Source: a virus
Taxonomy: Duplodnaviria; Heunggongvirae; Uroviricota; Caudoviricetes
Virus record (IMG/VR): IMGVR_UViG_3300031853_000005
Location: 1 to 53,468 of that record
Reading direction: 5' to 3' (one strand)
DNA length: 53,468 nt
Part shown: positions 48,299 through 53,468 of the stretch, piece after piece
How the letters are laid out: the number at the start of each line of letters is the position of its first letter
Numbering within the stretch: the stretch's first letter is position 1
Made by a program: the position numbers and the translations under genes
Notes under the pieces: model-generated
Seen by the model: only the letters and a program-made list of their open reading frames with translations
What the model was told of the DNA's origin: nothing
The model's database searches: none

Positions 48299-48889
48299 TT
48301 ATTCCTCTTCTTCTATTTCTCCTGGGGCTTCATTGCCCCATATATCAAAGCCTTCATGTTCATATCTGGCGTATAACTCAAGCTTCTTGAGATCTGGATA
48401 AAGCTGGTTGATGATCTGATAGGAGATCTCTGGTTTCTGGCTATGCCGTCTGACTTTCTCTGTAAATACTGTATGTACTTTGCCTTGCGCTTCTTTCGCA
48501 ACAGGAGTCAGTTTTCCTCTGTACATATACAGCAGATACTCATGTCCGAATCGGACAGTATATGCGGCAGGTATGCCGTTAACCTTATTCCAGATCATAC
48601 GTGCATGAAGCTTATACCCAAGCTCTTCAGCAATTTTCTGTGCTTCAAATAGGTATTTGTCTATCGTCCATAAGAACAAAACATTGTTTGATTCTCCGTC
48701 TCTGTCACAGAGCGATGTAGCCTGCCGAAGATGCTCTTTGATATCTTCAAGACTCAGAGTAGGGTAGTCGAGCGGTTCACCTGCGTGTCCGGTATGCCGT
48801 TTCTTTCCTTGTCCTTTCTGCTGCTTCCAGGGTGGGTCTGCCAGAATCAGACCATATGTGTTATTGGTGTTATAGATATCGACTCTCAA
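48299..48889 (-). CDS. MT-A70-family adenine methyltransferase
   Basis: ILADPPW, YPTLS, LFLWT, HSQKPE, KLELYAR; probable TTG start at 48889. Confidence 0.88.
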   Translation of the reverse strand: MRVDIYNTNNTYGLILADPPWKQQKGQGKKRHTGHAGEPLDYPTLSLEDIKEHLRQATSLCDRDGESNNVLFLWTIDKYLFEAQKIAEELGYKLHARMIWNKVNGIPAAYTVRFGHEYLLYMYRGKLTPVAKEAQGKVHTVFTEKVRRHSQKPEISYQIINQLYPDLKKLELYARYEHEGFDIWGNEAPGEIEEEE

Positions 48890-48942
48890 TGTACGGTTTT
48901 CCTCTTCTCCAATGTACGGTTTTAGTTTGAATGTTCGGTTTT
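48887..48942. repeat. Three 14 bp direct repeats (CAATGTACGGTTTT x2, GAATGTTCGGTTTT)
   Basis: Copies at 48887, 48910 and 48929. Confidence 0.75.
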
Positions 48943-49263
48943 CAGATTCGCTACACGAAAACAACCTTGTTTCAAAGACATCATGATCATGTGCAACTGC
49001 CAGCTATAAACAAACCCTTTATGCAGAATCTTTTTATTCCAATACACAAATCCGTCTTCGTCGCATCGCCTGCATAATTCAGCAATGTCGGTAATCACAT
49101 CGCCTTTGCTGTACTTGCGCCTGGATTCAAGATAATCGCTGTACTTCTTGATCTTTTCACATGAGCGACATTCATCGAGCCATAGCGATGGAATGTATCC
49201 TTTGTTCTTCAGGTTCGGCCATTGCGCATACGCATGCTGACATCCGTTACATGGTTTCTTCAT
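48922..49263 (-). CDS. Hypothetical protein
   Basis: CNGC...CRSC N-terminus; coupled to upstream ORF. Confidence 0.7.
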   Translation of the reverse strand: MKKPCNGCQHAYAQWPNLKNKGYIPSLWLDECRSCEKIKKYSDYLESRRKYSKGDVITDIAELCRRCDEDGFVYWNKKILHKGFVYSWQLHMIMMSLKQGCFRVANLKTEHSN

Positions 49264-49448
49264 TCCATCTCCGCGCAGGCATCTTCATAAAAAGTATCAA
49301 ACGGTTCTGTGTCTCCGTTCAGATGCCAATTCTTTACCATCAGATTAATTCCATACAATTCATCAAAATATTCTTTAAAAGCTTTGAGCTTTCGAACCTC
49401 GTCTTCAAGCTCCGCAATCTTTACATCTTTGGAATCCACTTCATTCAA
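49260..49448 (-). CDS. Small hypothetical protein
   Basis: AAGGAG SD; 62 aa. Confidence 0.65.
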   Translation of the reverse strand: MNEVDSKDVKIAELEDEVRKLKAFKEYFDELYGINLMVKNWHLNGDTEPFDTFYEDACAEME

Positions 49449-49492
49449 ATCTCCTTAAAGTTATTGTCTATTGTAAATAATTGTCAAATTAA

Positions 49493-50494
49493 TTACATAC
49501 ACGCATATTTGCGGTATGCATTCTCTGTATTCTTCTTATTGACGCGGACATAAGTCATGGTTGTATCCAGCTTGCTGTGTCCGAGAATATACGATACTTC
49601 CTGGATATCCATGCCTCTGTCAGTCAGGTTTGTCGCGAATGTATGACGGAAACGGTGCGGATGAACTCCTTTGACGTGAGAGCGTTCTTCAAGCGACTTC
49701 AGCATCCGACGAATACCGCCTGGTGTATAACGGTCTCCTTTGCGCTTGTTGTAAAACAAAGCCGGATGATTGTCTTTTCTTGTATCAAGATAGCGTTTCA
49801 GCATCAGCGCAGTTACCTTGTCCATATAGACTTCGCGCACCTTATCGCCTTTGCCGACTACGTTTAATTTCAGATCGTGGAAATCAAGATCGTCAATATT
49901 CAGATTGCAGACTTCCGAGATTCGACATCCGGTCTGCAAAAGGAAGTATACCATCGCAAGCTGGAATTCGTTTCTTGCCGCTTCCTTGATTAATTGGATC
50001 TCTTCGTCCGTAAACGGTTCTTCCTCTTCTGGTCTTGCCTTGATTGTACTGATATTCGCAGTTGGATTGGATTCGATCAATCCTTCTTTGTGCAACCAGG
50101 TAAAGAAGCTTGAATACGCATTATTGTTGCCCCTGATCGTGTTCATACTGATTCCACGATCTTTCTCCGTCATCATATACTGCCGAAGATGATAGACCGT
50201 TATCTTACGAACAGGCACTTTGATATCATGAATCATTCGTTGTAGTACATATCTATAGTGCTCCGTTGTTGCTTTCGACTTGCCCTCGATACTTTTCGCA
50301 TCAATAAACATCTTCAGCAATTGCTGTGATTCATCTTCACAGATTTCATTTTTATCTTCTACCGTTTCGACTTCGTACTTCATCATGATCTCGCCGAGGT
50401 CATATGTAATTTGTCGAACAGTATTTGCAGGTATATACGCATTCAGCTTCGTTTCAAGATCAAGAAGAAGCATCTTCTTGTCTAAAACAGACAT
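49493..50494 (-). CDS. XerD-like tyrosine recombinase/integrase
   Basis: TGCRISE, GKGDK, HPHRFRH, LGH and TMTY catalytic motifs; N-terminal SAM-like domain. Confidence 0.92.
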   Translation of the reverse strand: MSVLDKKMLLLDLETKLNAYIPANTVRQITYDLGEIMMKYEVETVEDKNEICEDESQQLLKMFIDAKSIEGKSKATTEHYRYVLQRMIHDIKVPVRKITVYHLRQYMMTEKDRGISMNTIRGNNNAYSSFFTWLHKEGLIESNPTANISTIKARPEEEEPFTDEEIQLIKEAARNEFQLAMVYFLLQTGCRISEVCNLNIDDLDFHDLKLNVVGKGDKVREVYMDKVTALMLKRYLDTRKDNHPALFYNKRKGDRYTPGGIRRMLKSLEERSHVKGVHPHRFRHTFATNLTDRGMDIQEVSYILGHSKLDTTMTYVRVNKKNTENAYRKYACM

Positions 50495-50512
50495 TATATG
50501 TTATACCTCGTC

Positions 50513-50818
50513 TTAATCTAAATAGAATTCGAAGTGGCAACTGTAACAGTGTTGCAGCCGCCTACCATTATGTACACGAATCTCCGACAACGTTCCGCCG
50601 CAATACCGGCATTTTGTTTCAGGACATTCTCTGTCCCAGCATTTTGTACACAGTTCTCTAAGCTCATCTAAGGTAAAATTACGATTAAAATGTTCCGCAC
50701 ACAAACCGCAACCATGCGGCTCGTATTCATGATCACATGGACACCAGTTGCATCCGCCGACGTAACCAGGATTGCAATCCGATGGTGACTCTTTTTGCAG
50801 TTTCTCTCTAAACGTCAT
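50513..50818 (-). CDS. Cys-rich hypothetical protein
   Basis: Multiple CxxC motifs; GGAGAAAG SD. Confidence 0.7.
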   Translation of the reverse strand: MTFREKLQKESPSDCNPGYVGGCNWCPCDHEYEPHGCGLCAEHFNRNFTLDELRELCTKCWDRECPETKCRYCGGTLSEIRVHNGRRLQHCYSCHFEFYLD

Positions 50819-50831
50819 GATTCTTTCTCCT

Positions 50832-51218
50832 TTATTCCTCTTTCGGCGGCTTCGGTAGCGGCATCCAATGGGTTACGGCTGCTAAATAAGTCTTTCTTTC
50901 CCAGCACTCAAGCCAGTAGCTACCGTCATATATGGCAACAGTTACAAACCCAAGGCCGCTTTTTCCATAATCTTCAGTGCATACAAGCACTTCATCGTCG
51001 ATGTTCTCCGGGAGCATCTTCGTCACCGGAATCCAGTTTTGCTTTGTAACTTCCGCTTCATAAGCTTCTGATATCATTTGATATGCCTTGTTTGTAGACT
51101 CTATGGCATCGGCGGCTTCGTTGATAACGTCACCGCCATGAGCATAGTATTCATCTTCTCGCCTCGCTCTGTCTCTCAGACGAGCAACCAGTTCTTTATA
51201 CATCATATTATTTTTCAT
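50832..51218 (-). CDS. DUF551-like protein
   Basis: WIPVTKMLPE...VTHWMPLPKPP. Confidence 0.75.
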   Translation of the reverse strand: MKNNMMYKELVARLRDRARREDEYYAHGGDVINEAADAIESTNKAYQMISEAYEAEVTKQNWIPVTKMLPENIDDEVLVCTEDYGKSGLGFVTVAIYDGSYWLECWERKTYLAAVTHWMPLPKPPKEE

Positions 51219-51624
51219 TATTTGATTCAGGCGCGATAGGCAGCGGCATCCAGTGTGTAACTTTCTTTTTCATGGTTCTGGTGCTTCGCATTGCGGTTAT
51301 AATTTGCCAAATAGTATCTGTCTCGTTTCCGAATTTGTATGTATAACATTTTCCTACAAACATATAACCATCACACGGAGTATATCCAAGTACGAGTTCG
51401 CCATATTCTGGTAGCCGATCATTTACCGAAATCCAGGAAGAAAGCGGCATAATATTAATCTGTTCACACTGAATAGACTGTAGCCGGTCGCACCTTCTCA
51501 CTAATGCCTCGATTGCGTCCGCAGCATCATAGAAGAGTCTGGCTTGACTACAGTTTTCGTTGCCCGTTACTCTGTATGCTAAAAACATATCACGTATTCT
51601 TTTTATAAGCTCTTCATACATCAT
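51208..51624 (-). CDS. DUF551-like protein
   Basis: WISVNDRLPE...VTHWMPLPIAP; start reassigned to ATG at 51624 (CAGGAG SD). Confidence 0.75.
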   Translation of the reverse strand: MMYEELIKRIRDMFLAYRVTGNENCSQARLFYDAADAIEALVRRCDRLQSIQCEQINIMPLSSWISVNDRLPEYGELVLGYTPCDGYMFVGKCYTYKFGNETDTIWQIITAMRSTRTMKKKVTHWMPLPIAPESNNEK

Positions 51625-51826
51625 TAATTCTCCTGTTCCATATTTGTATCGCAATTTTTGAGTTCTCACACGCTATTGTTCTTGTATGACAATCTTCGCA
51701 AAACACCATATACAAAAACGGTGTTGACTTCGCAAAACCATCGTTGCCCAAATATGACTGATTGCTACCGTGTGCGAAATCCAAATGTGCCATACCGCCA
51801 CAGAACGGACAAGATTTAATGTCCAT
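51614..51826 (-). CDS. Lar-family restriction alleviation protein
   Basis: KSCPFCGG...VFCEDCH...AIQIWNRR. Confidence 0.75.
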   Translation of the reverse strand: MDIKSCPFCGGMAHLDFAHGSNQSYLGNDGFAKSTPFLYMVFCEDCHTRTIACENSKIAIQIWNRRINDV

Positions 51827-52011
51827 CAGTTTTCTCCAATCTTTGCGCCGCAGTTCGGACAGTACCGAAGTCTGTATTCATGATAGGTAATATCTCCGTC
51901 ATCTTCGTCGCGCTCAACTCTGCGCCAATCTTGCAGTTCGATTCCGCACTCAGAACAAACGAACTGATCACAATCATCATATTCTATTGCGACGTTCTTA
52001 CAGGTCTTAAT
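51826..52011 (-). CDS. 61 aa Zn-finger protein with probable ATT start, absent from ORF track
   Basis: GGAGGTG + 7 nt + ATT AAG ACC TGT...FVCSECG...YCPNCGAKIGEN*; in-frame TGA two codons upstream; stop overlaps Lar ATG. Confidence 0.75.
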   Translation of the reverse strand: MKTCKNVAIEYDDCDQFVCSECGIELQDWRRVERDEDDGDITYHEYRLRYCPNCGAKIGEN

Positions 52012-52222
52012 TGATCAACACCTCCATCTTCGTGCCACAGTTATAGCAGAACTTACAATCTGACTCGTCTATGAAATCAAGCATACTGTCTGTCGGGAGT
52101 GGTGCTCCGCATTCCGAGCAACCGACATATACGCCGCATCTTCCGGTAATCGGATTTACATCGTTTCTTCTAATCTCGATCCACGTTCCAACGCTTTTTT
52201 GGCGGTCTATGCATTCAGCCAC
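52007..52222 (-). CDS. Zn-finger hypothetical protein
   Basis: CSECG...FCYNCGTKM; GTG start after GGGAGG. Confidence 0.7.
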   Translation of the reverse strand: MAECIDRQKSVGTWIEIRRNDVNPITGRCGVYVGCSECGAPLPTDSMLDFIDESDCKFCYNCGTKMEVLIN

Positions 52223-52574
52223 TAACTCGCCTCCCATAACTGCAATACGCATCGTCCCGCGTTACGATTCTTCCGTATCTGCTCCAACTGTCACACGTTC
52301 CACTCTCATGGTGATTGATGCAGTCTTTGCACCGCACAACTTCAACAATATCAGTGTTCTTTTCAATATAAGCAGAAGATCCATTATCCATTTTTGATTT
52401 GCACCTTGGGCAATAGTCAGGAAGATCAGCGCGTCCCCATTTTCTTTCTTCCTTATCTGTCCATTGTGTTATATACGGTTGGATTTTATAATCACAGCTT
52501 GAGCAAAACAGCGTTTGCGCCATATACAAAGATCTTGGCACTTGATAACCAAAATCAACCCACGCAGCCATCAT
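52215..52574 (-). CDS. Zn-finger hypothetical protein
   Basis: CSSC...YCPRCKSKM, VVRCKDC...YCSYG. Confidence 0.7.
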   Translation of the reverse strand: MMAAWVDFGYQVPRSLYMAQTLFCSSCDYKIQPYITQWTDKEERKWGRADLPDYCPRCKSKMDNGSSAYIEKNTDIVEVVRCKDCINHHESGTCDSWSRYGRIVTRDDAYCSYGRRVSG

Positions 52575-52861
52575 TCAACCTCCGTTCCACTTGCCGGTAT
52601 TACGGTTGGAGCATCAGCTATAGTTTCCAGCAGATCCCTGGCATCGTCACGGGAGAACATATTTTCTTTGATGAGCAAACGCATTTCCTTGTTCAGCTTA
52701 TCCAGATCACCAAGTCTCCCATGCGGTTCTTGGACGGGGACGAGAGGGAACGACTTTCGGTCTTCTCCGTGAATTGTTATCATAGCAATATCGTCAGCGA
52801 CACCTATCTCACACCAGTATACGCCATCTTTCGGCATCTCCATATCGATATACAGTCCCAT
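52571..52861 (-). CDS. Hypothetical protein
   Basis: MGLYIDMEMPK...PHGRLGDLDKL...IADAPTVIPA, a pattern common in Firmicute phages. Confidence 0.7.
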   Translation of the reverse strand: MGLYIDMEMPKDGVYWCEIGVADDIAMITIHGEDRKSFPLVPVQEPHGRLGDLDKLNKEMRLLIKENMFSRDDARDLLETIADAPTVIPASGTEVE

Positions 52862-52864
52862 TGC

Positions 52865-52987
52865 TCATTTGCCTCCCATGTTTTTGAAAAACAGCATCAG
52901 CCAAAGCACAGAACAGATGCCACCAAGTGTAACTCTTATTCCAAGCAAGTGATCTGCAATTAGTTCCAGTGCTTCTATTTCGCTCAT
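52865..52987 (-). CDS. 40 aa membrane peptide (MSEIEALELIADHLLGIRVTLGGICSVLWLMLFFKNMGGK)
   Basis: ATGA coupling to upstream ORF; hydrophobic C-terminal half. Confidence 0.6.
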   Translation of the reverse strand: MSEIEALELIADHLLGIRVTLGGICSVLWLMLFFKNMGGK

Positions 52988-53109
52988 GCCCATCCATCCT
53001 TTAATCGCTCAACAATTTTCCAAAGCCAAACCAAGCTAAGGATAATGAAATATAACGGCGGCATGGAAAGCTTTATGCCAATCCAAAACAAGAGAATAAC
53101 CATGCTCAT
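52984..53109 (-). CDS. 41 aa membrane peptide (MSMVILLFWIGIKLSMPPLYFIILSLVWLWKIVERLKDGWA)
   Basis: ATGA coupling at both ends; strongly hydrophobic. Confidence 0.6.
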   Translation of the reverse strand: MSMVILLFWIGIKLSMPPLYFIILSLVWLWKIVERLKDGWA

Positions 53110-53378
53110 TCCACCTTCTGCAACTCTTCCGGATGGCAAATGTAATAGTCGCTCATCCAAATTCCAATAATAGGATAAGTATATGCTGTCCCATATTTTT
53201 TCTTTGACGTATAAAGATCCGTAAAAAATGGCGGATTACTGACATGTTCATCGAGAAACTTTTCGAGATGTTCTTTCTTGTTTTCATAAGATTTGTGGTA
53301 GATCTTTCCGCTATAAGCGCCTTTGATATAAAACTCTTCTCCATAGGCAAAAAGATTAATCGCTTCTCTAACGGTCAT
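53106..53378 (-). CDS. Hypothetical protein
   Basis: GGAGG SD with ATG at 53378. Confidence 0.7.
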   Translation of the reverse strand: MTVREAINLFAYGEEFYIKGAYSGKIYHKSYENKKEHLEKFLDEHVSNPPFFTDLYTSKKKYGTAYTYPIIGIWMSDYYICHPEELQKVE

Positions 53379-53468
53379 GTTTCCTCCTTCGGCAACAGAC
53401 ATGTTAAATAACAATAGTCCTCATCGCAGGCATCGCACTCTTTATCCAGAATATCGCAGGCACAGCAC

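Larger units (their letters stand above)
1..53468 (-). mobile_element. Large SPbeta-like siphophage/prophage segment (accessory, transcription, packaging, head and tail modules)
   Basis: Continuous co-oriented minus-strand genes in the order RNAP - HU/phosphoesterase - terminase - portal - protease - capsid - neck - tail tube - recombinase - TMP - Dit - tail - BppU; no host housekeeping genes seen. Confidence 0.95.

Noticed and set aside
48887-48942. Mini-CRISPR array
   Set aside because: 14 bp repeats with 5-9 bp gaps are far too short, and no cas genes are present.
49450-49492. SigA promoter or recombinase att site downstream of the integrase
   Set aside because: TTGACA is present but no good -10 lies at 16-18 nt, and there is no clear inverted-repeat core.
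1-53468. Stop-codon reassignment (alternative genetic code)
   Set aside because: Long genes are intact under the standard code, TGA and TAA are used as coupled stops, and no suppressor tRNA is present; the apparent truncations are explained by introns and non-canonical starts.

Overview
This 53.5 kb window is part of a large tailed phage or prophage of a Firmicute (Clostridia-like) host. Gene order resembles Bacillus phage SPbeta; this is recognised from motifs and synteny, not from a database search. All real genes lie on the minus strand. In transcription order (right to left) the window holds: (1) small accessory ORFs (Zn-finger, Lar-like, DUF551-like, membrane peptides), a XerD-like recombinase and two orphan adenine methyltransferases; (2) a YonO-type single-subunit RNA polymerase (DFDGD) with a coupled Zn-ribbon protein; (3) four tRNAs (Ala, Met/CAT, Tyr, Asn) flanking a ~400 nt highly base-paired non-coding stretch; (4) a beta-CASP metallo-beta-lactamase nuclease, ClpP-like protease, calcineurin-like phosphoesterase and HU; (5) terminase, portal, protease/scaffold, head protein, major capsid, neck and tail genes, RecU, a second tyrosine recombinase, tape measure, Dit, a 2707 aa tail protein, BppU and fibre/receptor-binding proteins. 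Features the ORF track does not show: two group I (IA2-like) introns in structural genes. One lies 5 nt after the start codon of a head gene and carries a Vsr-like homing endonuclease. The other is ORF-less, lies in the major tail gene and sits next to a free-standing endonuclease with its own promoter. Also present are several probable non-canonical start codons (CTG, ATC, ATT, ATA), Cys4 Zn-finger insertions in the tape measure protein, and tRNAs with atypical identity elements.
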